Assembly (NCBI RefSeq): GCF_006345805.1
Contig: NC_043010.1
Span: 5,084,001 to 5,148,000 of the forward strand
DNA: 64,000 bases
Direction: 5' to 3'
Source of the DNA: Octopus sinensis
Taxonomy: Eukaryota
This document shows positions 39,665-54,274 of this stretch, piece after piece. A program made the translations under genes and the position numbers. The number at the start of each line of letters is the position of its first letter. The stretch's first letter is position 1. The notes under the pieces are model-generated. The model saw nothing but the letters and a program-made list of their open reading frames with translations. It was not told the DNA's origin and did no database searches.

Positions 39665-39999
39665 GATATAGATATACATATATATATGTATATTGAAATA
39701 AGAATATGCATATGTATATGTATATGAATATGAATATGTATAAGTATATATATGTTCAAATATATACATTTATCTGACTTCATATGTATGTATGTGATTG
39801 AAATAATGTGTGGATGCATTTATGGCCATACATACATACATACACACAATTATACATAAACATTCATACATGTAGGTGTGTAGTTCTGCATCTGTGTTTG
39901 TGTGAAATTGATTTTGTCTGCTGATTTTGTCTCACACATCCTGACAAATACTGTGTGTGGAATTTAATTTTTATGTAACAGATATTGCAAAATAACAGT

Positions 40000-40051
40000 A
40001 GCTGTAGTAGTAATAATAATAATGGTAGTAATAATAATCATGATGATGATG

Positions 40052-40105
<54 letters not shown>

Positions 40106-40309
40106 TAATAATATAATAATGATGATGATGATGATGATGATGATGGTGAGGATGAGGATGATGATGATATTAATGATGACAATGATGATGATGATGATGA
40201 TGATGAAGGTGAGGAGGAGGAGGAGGAGGATAAGGATGAAAAGAAGAAAAAGCAAGAAGAGGTGTTGGTGGAGGATAAAGACCCTGGTGATGATGATGAC
40301 TAGTGAATA

Positions 40310-40340
<31 letters not shown>
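40000..40340. repeat. Compound trinucleotide microsatellite (TAA/TGA/GGA/TAG)
   Basis: Seen directly. Confidence 0.9.
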
Positions 40341-40511
40341 AAGTTATTTCTACTATAGACAGGAAAATATTTTGCCCTTTCTAATTTAAGAACCATACAC
40401 ATACTTATACATATGTATATGTATGTCTAAAGCAATTCCGCTTATCTGTTTTAAATATCTCTCTCCCTCTCCGTCTCTCTGTCTCTCTCTCTGTATATAT
40501 GTATGTGTATA

Positions 40512-40559
<48 letters not shown>

Positions 40560-41059
40560 TATATATATAGAAGGAACTATGGTATCCAGAATGGTTATAG
40601 ATAAATTACAAACTGTTGATAACAGTAAAGTTTCTATGACTATAATATTGCTATTGGGTACTGTTTAATTTGGCACAAGGGTTAAATTATAATTAATTAT
40701 AATTAGATGAAAAGTGCTAATTATGAAATTAAATTTTGTTGGATAATCTTGAAGAAAAGTAACATTAGTATGTTATTACAAAATATAAAGTTAGTTAACT
40801 TATAAAAAATGTTGGGATAAATTTTTTACATAGAGAATAAGGATATCAAAGCAATTAATCAGTTTGCTAATAAAAAACTTTGAAATCTTTATTTAGTAGT
40901 ATAAAGCAATTATTGGCATTGTGGTAAAATTTGGATAAGTTAGGTCTAGTCTGAGACTAGAAAATAAGATTGTCTACACGCAAAAAAGGTACATTTTAAT
41001 ACTTGGGATAATGATCGATTTACAAACTCTAACTTTTTTCAGAGAGACAAAGATTATTA

Positions 41060-41097
<38 letters not shown>

Positions 41098-41171
41098 CCA
41101 TTTGACTTTTAGGTTTGCAAACCCATAAAAATAGTGATACCTTCTTGTATTCCAGAAGGGTGTATGTATAT

Positions 41172-41408
41172 CAGGGATTTTCAATGGGAGTCCATATGGT
41201 CCTTTCGGGCCCATATAAGATTTTGTTGTTTAAATTTGAGAGCAATTAATTGTTTATACTTCTGCAACACACAAAATACTTTAACAATGTCCTTATACAA
41301 GTCCTATTGATTTTTGATTATAAAAACATGACAAGACTTTTTAAACATCAAATGGTTAGCAGGGTCTATCAAAGGGACCCATACGTCAAAAATAGTTGAG
41401 AACCACTG
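41172..41408. mobile_element. hAT (Charlie-like) MITE, degenerate
   Basis: cagggattttcaa ... gttgagaaccactg termini. No 8-bp TSD recognisable. Confidence 0.6.
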
Positions 41409-42236
41409 GTTAGTGTATATATATATATATATAATAATTGAGATATCATTTATACAATTTTTAATAGATACTAAGAGTAAACAAAATGTAAGTTCTATAA
41501 GTATTATGAAAACTACATGATGCTACAACAGCCCTAAAATGTTAAATAAAACAGCAATATCTATAAATATATAACAAAGATAGCAGTAAGTGACATAAAA
41601 CTTCAAGTACAGGAAAAAAGTTTTATCAAATGATCTGCCTTATTTAAACTAGATCTGATATCAATTACTTATTAAGGATAATATTTTTTTTTTAGAATAT
41701 GATTATTGAAAATAAAATAAAAACCACTCAAAAATAGATATAAATAAAATAAAACATTTCTAAAGTCAGAGAAAGCTGATTATATGAAGCCTTAACTTGT
41801 TCTTCTATATGTGAAGTGAAGCTAAAGGATGTAAATTGTGAAGATTATCAAATAAAAAGTCCCTAATTTTGAAGTGAAAGTTTTATACAGTAGAAACTGC
41901 AACTTCTGTGTATTATGATGGACTTCAAAGCTTTATACATTATTAAAACAAAAAGAAGAAAAATGCATATGAACATATTAGCAGAGAATGTACACACACA
42001 TGTGCATGCATGCACATACATATACATGCACACTTATAAGTCATTTTTATGTTTCAGAAGTTTTGCTTCAAAATCTAATTCAACAGAGTTAACTGTTTGA
42101 TAATTATGTCTAGTAACATAGAAAGTTTTTTTTTTTTTTATGTATATAACTTTTCTTTGCAGTATACATAAATAGAATGCTTGATTCATTTCAATCCTCT
42201 ATCAACTAATTCAAACTTAATGGAGAGCAAAAGAAA

Positions 42237-42293
<57 letters not shown>

Positions 42294-42749
42294 ATATATA
42301 TATACGCATTCTATACATACATGCATACATACATACATACATATACATATATCTATATATGTATATATGTAAATATATACATATGTGTGTGTATATATAT
42401 ATATATATATTGCAAGAGACAGAGAGATAATGAGAGAATCATAATATTCCTGATTTCACGATTAAAAAAACTGTATGTAGGAATAAATAACAGTATTGTA
42501 TAAGACATAAAAAATTTCAAAGAAATTCCAAAATTTAGTTTTACTACTTTTCTATACATCAACAAATATCAATATTACAATGTGATAGAATACTGTTATT
42601 GCCTCCAAAATCACAAAATATTTTATGACAATACAATATCTATATTGTTTGTTACTACTCAATATTCTGATATCAATTATTTTTTTTTAATATCCTTAAC
42701 TTGAAAAGTAATAGCAAATAACAAACAAACTATAAAGAAAGATATTTAC

Positions 42750-42892
42750 CAGCGATGCCCAATCTTTGCTTCTGTATCATTTCAGATGTGTATCCTGCTG
42801 TAGAGTTGTAAGGTAACTGCTGCTGCTCTGTGCTGGCAAGTTTATGTAGCATGATCTGTTGTTGGCTGAGGAGTAGGAATGGTTGAGTAAGT

Positions 42893-42930
<38 letters not shown>

Positions 42931-43039
42931 TGATGGAGAAACTGAGAGTGACAGAGTAAGACAGACAGATAAAGAACGACACAGAGGATGAGGGAACTGG
43001 GATATGAAAGAATGAAAGAGAGAGTTTTGTAGTTTCACT
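42750..43039 (-). other. Candidate non-coding first exon (5' UTR) with (CT)n tract
   Basis: Runs from the Inr to a donor CTG|GTAAAT at 42749. Same strand as the Pcdh exon, whose ATG is only 52 nt after an acceptor, so an upstream exon is required. Confidence 0.45.
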
Positions 43040-43090
43040 GAGTGAGAAGTGTATGTCTGTCTATATTAACTGCTGCAGCCCAGTGATTGG
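43037..43090 (-). promoter_or_regulatory. Candidate core promoter (CCAAT, TATA-like, Inr), probably of the protocadherin
   Basis: On the minus strand: CCAAT at 43090-43086, TAATATAG starting at 43068 (about -29), and Inr-like TCAGT at 43041-43037 (+1 A = 43039). It sits in a unique, more GC-rich island among (TA)n tracts. Confidence 0.5.
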
Positions 43091-43498
43091 CAGGTTGTGG
43101 CTCCCATTGAAGGGAGACAGAATTACTATCATAGACTTTACTTTGCTCACAAGTTGATTTAGCAGAGGAACTTATATATACATTCATACATACATACATA
43201 CACATACATATATATATATAACATGTATGTATAAGTATATAAATATTTACACACACACAAACACACAAATACACACATGCATATATGTATGTATGCATAT
43301 ACATATATATATATATATATATTTAACTTAATAAAGATACAAAAAATCTATGTATTTATCTATATATATATATGTGTGTGTGTGTATCCATGTGTCTATA
43401 TATATATGCAAATATATATAAACATAAGATTATGTATGTATAAATGTGTATCTATTATTTCGGTCTGTCTTCTCACTCTCTCATCTTGTATATATATG

Positions 43499-43555
<57 letters not shown>

Positions 43556-43573
43556 TGTATATATATATATGCA

Positions 43574-43795
43574 CATGAAGGTATGCTGGAAACTTCCTCA
43601 CTTTGGGTAAAAGAAAATACAGGGGGATCAGCTAATTATGATTTTATTCAACATATACACCTTCTTAGATTCACACACTTATTGCAGTGGTCTTTCAGTT
43701 TTTCTAAGCCCTGTAAAAGAACCCAGAATGTTGGGCCTCCAGCCAGGCCTTTTGTGATACTCTTAAAACCAGGAACTTTTCAGCACCCCCTCATG
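43574..43795. mobile_element. Mariner-derived MITE
   Basis: Imperfect TIRs catgaaggtatgctggaaacttcct / aggaacttttcagcaccccctcatg. Confidence 0.7.
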
Positions 43796-43875
43796 TGTGT
43801 GTGTTTATATATATATATATGTATATGTATATATATGTATGTATATGTGTATATATATATACATACATACATACA

Positions 43876-43911
<36 letters not shown>

Positions 43912-44097
43912 TAGTATATATATGTATGTGTATATGTATGTAATATATATGTATATATATTTATGTATAGATATATTAGATATATGTATATAATATATAT
44001 ATATATTAATATAGAATATAATATATATATATATTACACATATACATACATACATACATACATACCTACATACATACATTACATACTACATATACAT

Positions 44098-44155
<58 letters not shown>

Positions 44156-44341
44156 TGCTTATATAGACAGAAGTAGTGAAGTTGGGGTGTTAAAATTCTT
44201 GCTTCCTGACCATGTGATCTCTGGTTCAATCCCACCATAGGATAACTTAGGCAAGTATTTTCTACTGTAGCTTTGGGTTAACTTGGCCTTGTGAGTTAAT
44301 TTGGCAGACAGAAACTGAAAAAAACTTGTTGTATATGCATG

Positions 44342-44372
<31 letters not shown>

Positions 44373-45576
44373 CATGTGTGTGTTTGTGTGCATTTGTGTG
44401 CATGTGTGTGTTTGTGTAACACCTTGTCTTGATACACTTTGATGATTATAAATAATTGTTATTGTCATACAACTAAGGTTATCGGCTTCCAGTTTTCCAT
44501 GGGAAATACATCTGGCCTTAGGAAAATATTACCTTGCTTTGAAACAGGTGAGAAGGTTGGAAACAGGTAAGGGATCCAGCGGCATCAAATTTATCTGACC
44601 CATACAAGCATGGAAAAGTGGACATTAAAGGATGATGATGATGATGATCTTGATACATATATGCTTACAAACATACATACATGCATAAATACATACATAC
44701 ATACATACATATATACATACATACATAAGTACATGCATACACACAGACACACATATGCACACACACATTATATATAGATATAGGTAGAATGATAGATAGG
44801 TATATATGTACATATCAACATATATATATATATATATATTATACATCTGTCTATCTATCTAATTATATATATTTACTTACATTTATATAAACACACACAC
44901 ACAACATATATATGTATATATACAATAACATACAATATATACATATATATATGAATGTATATACATATATATATATATAATATATATATATAATATACTA
45001 TATATATATATAATATATATATATAATATATGCATGTATGTATATTTGTAAGTAAACACTTAGATGCCTGTGTATGTATTTTATAAGAATTCTCTCTGAG
45101 GGAGTGCTTATAAATGATATTAAAATATTCTCTTGCACTTTATATTCAAGCAGATGTTAGCAAATAGATATCTCCGTAAGAGAAAAAGAAAACTAATGAA
45201 AAAAAAAACAAGCGAAAAATACATTAAATTCAATTTCAGTTCAAAAGAAACTATTTCATGTGTTTTACAATGTCTTATTCCCACTCTATTATAAACTTTT
45301 TCTCTCTTTCTTTGGTGAAAAAAAGAAATATTGTATTTAACTGATATTGTTGGTTTGTGGAAATTTTCCTTTTTGTTTTTTTACAAACTATGAAATATCT
45401 ATCTATGTTGAGTTCATCTTCTAAATATTTGATCATGTTATATATGCATTTATATATATATATATATATATATATGATATATAGATATATATATATATGT
45501 ATAGATATATATAGTATATAATATATATATATATTATATAATATTATATATATATATATATTATATATATATAGTC

Positions 45577-45622
<46 letters not shown>

Positions 45623-46229
45623 TATAAATATCTAGTCTATATATGTATATATATGTATATATATATATATATATAGATATATATAAGCATATATAAATAT
45701 AATATATGTGTGTAATATATATGTATTATATACTATACATATATATATACAATATATATATATAATATATATATTAAATATTCATACATATATATATATA
45801 TATATATATATACATACCTACATACATACATCATACATACATACATACATACATACGTGTGTGTGTATGCACACATACATATGCATGTATGAATGTATTA
45901 TGTATTAATATATGTATATATATAAAACCTGGCAGATAGGCACATATAAACACATAGACACACATATACATACATACATACATACACCTGTGTATGTATA
46001 CATAACATTTATTCAAAGCTGAATCTGCTTGAGTTGTTTGTTGGTTTGAGGTTACTCCAAGTAGTGACACAAACAGATTCTGATTCAAATAAATGTTATT
46101 CCACATTACCTAACAATACTCAAAACATTTGTTTTTTTTCGCTTAACTGTTCACCAATGTGAGCCCAGAATAATCTATTCCTCTATATGTCTGTCTATCT
46201 GTCCATTTGCTTGCCTGCCTGTGTGTGTG

Positions 46230-46433
46230 TATCCAACCATCCATCCATCCATCCATCTGTCCATCCATCCATCTATCTATATCTATTCTATATCTATCTA
46301 TCTATCTAATATCTATCTATCCTATCTATCATCTATCTATCTATTCTATCTATCTATCTATCTATATGGTCTATCTGTCTATTTTCTGTCTGTCTGTCTA
46401 TATCTGTCTCGTCTGTCCATCCGTCAATCTATC

Positions 46434-46475
<42 letters not shown>

Positions 46476-46656
46476 GTCTGTCTATCTGTCTGTCTGTCTA
46501 TATCTGTCCATCTGTCCATCCGTCCATCTATCTATCTATCTATCCATCCATCATCCATCTATCTATCCATCTATCTATCCATCTATCTATTTATCTATCT
46601 ATCTACCTATCTATCTATCTATTTATCTATCCATCTATCCATCCATCTATCTATCC

Positions 46657-46722
<66 letters not shown>

Positions 46723-46786
46723 TTATCTATCTGTCTATCTATTTATCTATCTGTCTATTTATCTATCTGTCTATCTATCTATCTAT
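46230..46786. repeat. (TCTA/TCCA/TCTG)n tetranucleotide (GATA-type) microsatellite
   Basis: Seen directly; explains the 203-aa IYLS ORFs. Confidence 0.95.
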
Positions 46787-47398
46787 GTGTGTGTATGTAT
46801 GTATTCTTATCTGTATAGAAACTGATAGGTAGATAGATACATGTTTCATGCATATGCTGCTGGTGACTCTGTATGTGGTAATAAAGTAGAGTAGACAAGA
46901 TTCTTTAGAGTCATTATGGCCAGTCTCTCTAGAAATGGTGTACCACAATAAATATTCGTGTACATTACGTAATGTGATTGTCAATAGAATGGGACTCGGT
47001 CCATAGAAAGTATTCCCAAAATTGTAACACAAACAACATGTGGTCCACATCCTCATTTGGACAGATGCAATACTTAAATAAGTGAAGAACTAACTTGATT
47101 CATGATAGCCATTCAAACACATGCCAACAGGGAAAAGTGATTGATAATGCTGCTGCACATATGTGCATGTGTGTGTAATATATGCATATGCATAGGCATG
47201 GCTGTGTGATTAAGAAGCTTGCTTTCCAACTCTGTGGTTTCAAGTTCAATCCCACTGCCTTGTACTTTAGACAAGTGTCTTCAACAATAGCCCTAACTAA
47301 CCAATGCCTTGTGAATGAATTTGGTAAACAGAAACTGTTTGGAAGCAAGTAGCATATACATATGCATATACATATGTATATACATATATATATATATA

Positions 47399-47794
47399 CT
47401 AGCAGTATCGCCCGGCGTTGCTCAGGTTTGTAAGGGAAATAACTATATAAGCATTTTTAGAGAGTTATAGCCAAAAAATAGCAAAAACATGCATTAAAAA
47501 TGGAAAAAAAATGATGGTAATTTTTTTTTTAAATTGTTGACTCATCGTAGACATTTTTAGAGAGTTACTTCCCTTATATAATAGCGGAAAAAATGCATTG
47601 AAATGGAAAAAAATGATGGTAAATTTTTTTTTAATTGTAGACTCATTGTAGACGCGCGCTAATACCCAGAAGGGCTCGATATGAATCACGACTATAAGAT
47701 ACCCGGTTTTGGTTAAACTGCACTGCAAATGTGGGAGTAGTTAGGAATCTAATCGTAGGAGACAGACACACAACTTGACTTTTATATATAAAGA
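47399..47794 (-). mobile_element. Non-autonomous Helitron
   Basis: Highly similar to 3972-4356, with the same termini. Confidence 0.85.
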
Positions 47795-47822
47795 TATATA
47801 TATATTTAATATGTATATATTA

Positions 47823-47876
<54 letters not shown>

Positions 47877-47880
<4 letters not shown>

Positions 47881-48070
47881 TGGGTTTGGACAATAATAGA
47901 AGACCCCTTAAAATTTCCAACAAATTTATTTTAATATGTGCTAGGATCACCTACAGCTTGAAATCTACGATGTATGGACTCATACAAGGTTTGAATTGTT
48001 TCCAAAGTAATTTTTGTTCATTCTTCAGCTAAAACTGTCTCCAGTTCTTGTAGTGGTCATGGTGGAGGAT
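47877..48070 (-). mobile_element. Tc1-like transposon 3' fragment
   Basis: Minus strand: ...ELETVLAEE*TKITLETIQTLYES. TIR-like cactgggtttggacaataatagaagacccc. Confidence 0.55.
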
Positions 48071-48179
48071 ATCAACTCATTATTTGTTTTTCTAAAATGC
48101 ACTATAAATGCGTATGAGACGTGTATCAGCCAAGTTTGTGCCAAAACTTCTTTCAGCTGACCAAGAAGATATTTAGGTT

Positions 48180-48842
48180 TCAGTTGCACAAGATCTCCTT
48201 GATTGCGTCAAGAACAATGAAAACTTTTTGAAAATAGATAATGGGAGGTGAATCGTAGATCTATGGCTATGACCACGAATCAAAGGCTCAGTCTCCTGAG
48301 GGGAAGACCCCAAACTCTCTGAGACCAAATGGATCAAAGCAACAGGAAGACACTGTTGATCATTTTTTACGACTACAAGGGGATTATTCATCATGAGTAT
48401 GTTCCACCTGGTCAGACAGTAAACAAGGAGTCCTGCTCTGATGTTTTGTGGCATATGTGGGATGCTATTTGTCAGAAAAGGCCACAACTGCATGCATCCG
48501 GTGAGTGGCAAATGCACCATGACAACGCACCTGCCCATTTTGTGCAGCTTGTGCAGCAGTTTTTAGCTAGGTATAGCATTCTCCAGGTCCGACAGCCACT
48601 GCATTCCCCATATCTCACTCCTTGCAACTTTTTCCTCCTTCCAAAAATGAATGCGACAATCACACGCTACACATATTCCTTCCAAGCACTGCTGTAAACA
48701 ACAGAAGTGAGCTGGAGTGTTAACACTTAGTGTGTGCATGCACAGCAGAGTTCAAGGTCAATCTCTTCTAAGCAGCTTCACTATGTGTGCTTTAGTTTTG
48801 TCACTATGGTAACATCCGGATACTTATTGATCAGACCATGTA
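48180..48842 (+). mobile_element. Mariner (DD34D) transposase remnant
   Basis: KTLLIIFYDYKGIIHHEYVPPGQTVN...KRP...MHHDNAPAH...PLHSPYLTPCNFFLLPKM. TIR-like ccggatacttattgatcagaccatg|TA. Confidence 0.85.
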
Positions 48843-48847
48843 TGTAG

Positions 48848-48885
<38 letters not shown>

Positions 48886-48909
48886 ATATATATCCCCTTA
48901 TCACAGTAC

Positions 48910-50100
48910 TTCTGAAGCCAGTTCTTTAGGCTCTCAAGCTCAAGGTGACCCTCATGAAAAGTTTTACAATCTTCCCTTATATGTTTCTTCCATTCTGCTC
49001 TTTCCAAAGTTAGTTCTTCCCACTTCTTTACATTGCTCTGCAGTTCCTTCAGTTTACCTTTTATGCAACTTTTATCTCCTTTTTGTGGTTTATGCTGAAA
49101 ATGCTTTCCTGTGCATTACTCACTATAGAACACTTGCACTGGAATCCCGTTATCTTCCTTATACACAACAGGGCCTGACCAATCCCTGAAGAGATATGAT
49201 GAGTGACTGGGTGCTTATATATCCTGCCTTTGCAAGGACTTCTATGTCAAGTCTTTTTACTTTGCAACTTGATGTTAAGCATGTGTTTTGAACATTTTGG
49301 GTGAAAGCACTCAAGTAGCTTGAGATGCCTTCATTTTAGAAGATGGTATATTTCGGACGAGTACAATAAAACTGTTTGTATACATACCTTGTAAATGCTC
49401 AACTTTGTATGTTAGATATTGCAGCCAAGAGAGAGAAAATATTGTATTGGTAAGGGCATGTGATGCATACAGATCAAGGTAGGGCTATAGTTCAGTGCCA
49501 ATCAGTTAATACTGATGGAACTTGTAGAATAAGACTCCCAGGAATACTTGGGATAAAGTTAGTAGGAAGGCTCATCTCAAGATTTCAAATCTCTCAGAGG
49601 ACAAGGGATCAAAATAATTGGCAATACATGGTGCTCAAAATGTATCTGTGATGGTAAAAATGAAATTCTGGAAGCATGGTGCAGGCAGGAAAGGATTATT
49701 CCCCTTACATCAGCTCTGACTATGGTAATATTTGAAGGAGTTGTGGCAGGCATATTCAATGAATCAGGAATTCCAAGTTTGTTGTGAGAAACGTTTTAGA
49801 TGAGGGCATTGAATAAATACTTCTTTCCTGGAGTTAAAACGGTTCCCAGCCTTCATCTAAAATGTTTCCTACAACAAACATGGAATTCTCCATTTGTTGA
49901 ATAGGCCCTTTGCACCTCCCAATGTAAGCAGGCAGACCCCATCCTGTCTGCATCACGGGCATTTATTTTATGTTTATAAACCAACTGACTGTTGCATATT
50001 TCTTCCTCTATTGGTAGAGAGGTTATGCAACTTCAGCTATTTGAGTCTGGCAAGTCGCCCATACAGCTAAGTTCTTTATAGGTGCAAAACCAATGGTCAC
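48910..50100 (-). mobile_element. Heavily decayed RTE-clade LINE fragment
   Basis: Minus strand near 49200-48970: WSGPVVYKEDNGIPVQVFYSE*...KKWEELTLERAEWKK (RTE C-terminal pattern). Upstream extent is uncertain. Confidence 0.6.
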
Positions 50101-50752
50101 TCTATGACTGGCTATAACTTTAACTTCCTAAAAAAATATAATACTGCTCTAATGCTTTAGAGTGTGCTTTGTTTTCTGGTATATCACCTGCTGACGATTT
50201 ATATCTATACATACATACATACATACATACATGTGTGTGTGTGTGTGTGTGTATAAATGTATGTATATCCGCTTTTCCATGTTTGCATGGGTCAGACAAT
50301 TTGTTGAGGCAGATCTCCTTTGGCCAGGTGTTCTTCTTGTCTCCAGCTTTCACCTGTTTCCAGGTAAGGTAATATCTTTATGATCAGAAATGCTTCTACA
50401 CCAAACTGGAAATGAAGAACAACTATCATGTGATGACAAGGCAAAGAGATGCACACACAGACAGACAGACACGCACACGTGCACACATGCACAACACACT
50501 CACGTATATACATACATGCAAATATATATATGTATATATATATATATATGTGATTGTGTGTGTGTATGTGTGTGTGTGTATGCGTGTGTGTGTATGTGTG
50601 TGAGTGTGTGTATACATGTGTATATATGATATATATATAAATATCAATTATATTTATATATATGCACATTTATATATGCATATCTATATTGTTTCCCCAT
50701 CTGGTCTTTCTGTGCTGGCATTATATATATGTATACACCATATAATATATAT

Positions 50753-50835
<83 letters not shown>

Positions 50836-51214
50836 GTATATATATATATATATTCATATACATATATATATATACATATACATATATATATACACACATA
50901 TATATATATACACATATATATATATATATAAATATATATATATATTTATATATATATATAAAATATATGCATATACTGTTTTTTTTTTTCGTCAATTTTG
51001 ATAAAGACAAAAATTATTTAAATACATTTTTGCTTTTTATCCAGCAGAATTTTCTTTGAAAGTGTTTAAAATCCTCTATTTTACTATTCAATTTATCAAG
51101 TTAAAATTCTAAAATGCATTTCGTGTAAAATATTTGAATATTCACATATCTATATAAATGAATATGTATGTTTGCTTGTATGGTGTGCTGATGCACATAC
51201 ATACATGCATGCAT

Positions 51215-51261
<47 letters not shown>

Positions 51262-51360
51262 GTGGGTGTGTGTATGTGTGTTGTATATACATATATATAA
51301 TAATGTTATATACACATATACACACTCTCTCACACGTACACAGAGATACCCCATACATAC

Positions 51361-51395
<35 letters not shown>

Positions 51396-51629
51396 TGAAT
51401 CTATATGTGTGTGTGTGTGTATGTATGTATATTTATGTATATATATATCCATATATGTAATGTTTGTGGAAGTGTGTATTGAATTATTTTCACTTCGTTC
51501 ACAAATGTTTGTGAAAGATATTGACTTTATATAAATATCTTTTCCTATGAATGAATAAACTCTAAAATAATAAATAGAAAAGCAATAACAACAATAATAA
51601 TAATAATAATGATAACAATAGTTAAACTA

Positions 51630-51660
<31 letters not shown>

Positions 51661-52514
51661 TGTATACACACATATGTGTATATTTTTATTTGCTGTTTTA
51701 GATTTTATTTTCTTTCAGCAGTGTAAGAAATAAAAGAAGTCCTGTCCAATAGCAACATAATATACATAGCCTAAAGAACATATTTCCATATTGTCTGTGA
51801 TTGTCATATATTGGGAAAGATTCACCAAACTTTAGAAAATCTTACTTAATGTTCAAGAACGACAATAGATAAAATGGATAAGCACCACAACCCACATCTC
51901 TAAAAAAAAAATGAAAATGAAAATAAGAATAAAAAACAAACAAATATAATAAAAAATAAAAATGAAATAGAATGAAATGACTTGAAGAAAAGGAAAAACA
52001 AACTAGATGAATGTATATAGGTAATAAATTGAACATGTTTGTTTTATAAACTTCAGCACAGAAACAGATTCAATATTTTATATTGTTGTTGTTGCTGATG
52101 ATGACTTTTAAGTAAATCTATTTTTTATTTATAGTTTTGTTGTTGATGTGACTTGTTTTCTCTATTTTTTTTTATTTGGTTGATGTTTTACATGTTGTTG
52201 CAGTTGTGATCGTTTTAAATTTGAATGAAGAATTTTTTTATTTCGTTTGTTTTTTTTTTTGTTTTTACAATGCTGTTTATATTAGCATTATTTGTTTTTA
52301 CGCAAAAATATAATCCTCTTTTTATTTAAAGTCTAGCATTAGGTATAGGCATATGTGTTTGTGTAACCATTTGTATGCCTTCCTCAACATGGAGCATTTG
52401 CACACATATCTCTCCCAGCAAACACACTCACACACATATACATACAAATAAATAATGCATGAAATAAATATATACATGTATATGTGTCTGTGTGTGAATG
52501 TATCTGTGTGTGTG

Positions 52515-52549
<35 letters not shown>

Positions 52550-52782
52550 CAACTGGAGAGTGATTTGATCCTCACTGCCTCACTCAAGTGGAGCATACAG
52601 GTTAGGCAACCAAATGCATGCAATCCTGAGGCTCACCTCACTAAAGTTATTAAAGGTTTTCCAACAATATGAATGCTTTACTTGGGTTGTTATTAAGAGA
52701 AAGACTTTGCAAAATCATTAAGTAGTTCCTATAATATCTGGTTGGGGCTAAGCATCTCTGATGTTTCTCTTGCATAAATATA

Positions 52783-53070
52783 TTTAACAACGAAAAAACA
52801 GAGTACAAGACAAACAATACAAGGAATATTCCCCTTCATCAGCTGCCCCTGGTTCGACTCAATCGTGGTCTATATTTAAAGATGAGGAATTATGTACATT
52901 ATTTACATTTGACGGACAAAAGATGAGGACAAAGATCCGTCAAATGTAATATGTACATAATTCCTCATCTCTTAAATATAGGACCACGCATTGAGTCGAA
53001 CCAGGGGCAGCTGATGAAGGGGAATATTCCTTGTATTGTTTGTCTTGTACTCTGTTTTTTCGTTATTAAA
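52783..53070. repeat. Inverted repeat (~134-bp arms, 19-nt loop) of Penelope-like sequence
   Basis: 52783-52916 versus 52936-53070, with a few single-base indels. The right arm continues to ~53150 and ends in (TA)n. Confidence 0.85.
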
Positions 53071-53180
53071 AAAAAGTCCGTTTCCTTGTTTGTTTTTATA
53101 TTTTCATTTCTCGTTGTGTTCTACATTCATTTGTGGTGTCCTGTACTCATATATATATATATATTTTATAGATTGGAAGT

Positions 53181-53222
53181 CCACCTGAAGATTGTCGATC
53201 AAGACAAGAAACGATTGTGTGG
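53181..53222 (+). ncRNA. Minimal hammerhead-like motif
   Basis: ccac-CTGAAGA-ttgtc(gatcaa)gacaa-GAAA-cgattgt-gtgg. Stems I and II are perfect; the cleavage triplet looks one nt short. Lies in a ~150-bp unit between (TA)n tracts. Confidence 0.65.
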
Positions 53223-53309
53223 CGGTTTTTTTGACTATTTATTAAAATTTTATGTATTGATTAAGTCTTTCCTTGTTTGTTTTGCAAAATAGTGGTTTTG
53301 TCTCTAATA

Positions 53310-53343
<34 letters not shown>

Positions 53344-53416
53344 TGTATATATACATATAGATGTAGGTATGTACATATATGTATTTATGCATATGTTTTA
53401 TTTGTTAAATTGTTAT

Positions 53417-53451
<35 letters not shown>

Positions 53452-53782
53452 GTATATATTTGTGTCTGAGTTTGTCCTCCCACCATCGCTTGACAACTAA
53501 TGTTGCTGTGCTTACGTCCCCATTACTTAGCAGTTTAGCAGATGAGACTAATAGAATAAGTACTAGGTTTACAAAGATTAAGCCCTGGGGTTGATTTATT
53601 CGACTAAAGGTGATGCTCCAGCATGGCTACAGTCAAATGACTGAAACAAGTAAAAGAATAAAAGAATATATATATAAACTCACACACGTGTAAAAATATA
53701 TATGTGTGTGTGTATATCATCATCATTGTAAAACGTCCGCTTTCCATGCTAGCATGGGTTGGACGATTTGACTGAGGGCTGG

Positions 53783-53819
<37 letters not shown>

Positions 53820-53844
53820 CATATATACATATATATTTTAGTCA

Positions 53845-54172
53845 TCATCGTCATCATCGTTGTTTAACGTCCACTTTCCATGCTAGCATAGGTTGGATGA
53901 TTTGACTGAGGGCTGGCAAACCAGATGGTTGTACCAGGCTTTAATCGTGATCTGGCAGAGTTTCTACAGCTGGATGCCCTTCCTAATGCCAACCACTTCG
54001 AGAGTGTAGTGTGTGCTTTTACGTGCCACCGGCATGGGGGCCAGTCAGGCGGTACTGGTAATGACCTTGCTCGAATCTTTTACACATGTCACCGGCACAG
54101 GTGCCAATAAGGCGATGCTGGTAATGGTCATGCTTGGATGGTGTCTTTTACATGCCACCAGCACGGAGGCCA
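53845..54172 (-). mobile_element. Family D SINE/RTE-tail element, with an extra copy of its tail at 53717-53785
   Basis: Reverse complement of the 24800-25072 type. Confidence 0.75.
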
Positions 54173-54274
54173 GATAGTATGTATATCTATATGTATATTT
54201 ATATTCCACTGGATGTGTAATGTAAGCATACATGTTCAGCAGAGTGCTAGTATATTGAGAGAGAATTAGGTACA

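Noticed and set aside
36880-46832. Many YI/CV/IYLS-rich ORFs, including 43277..43993 and 46207..46832
   Set aside because: Di- and tetranucleotide repeat artefacts, plus a MITE.
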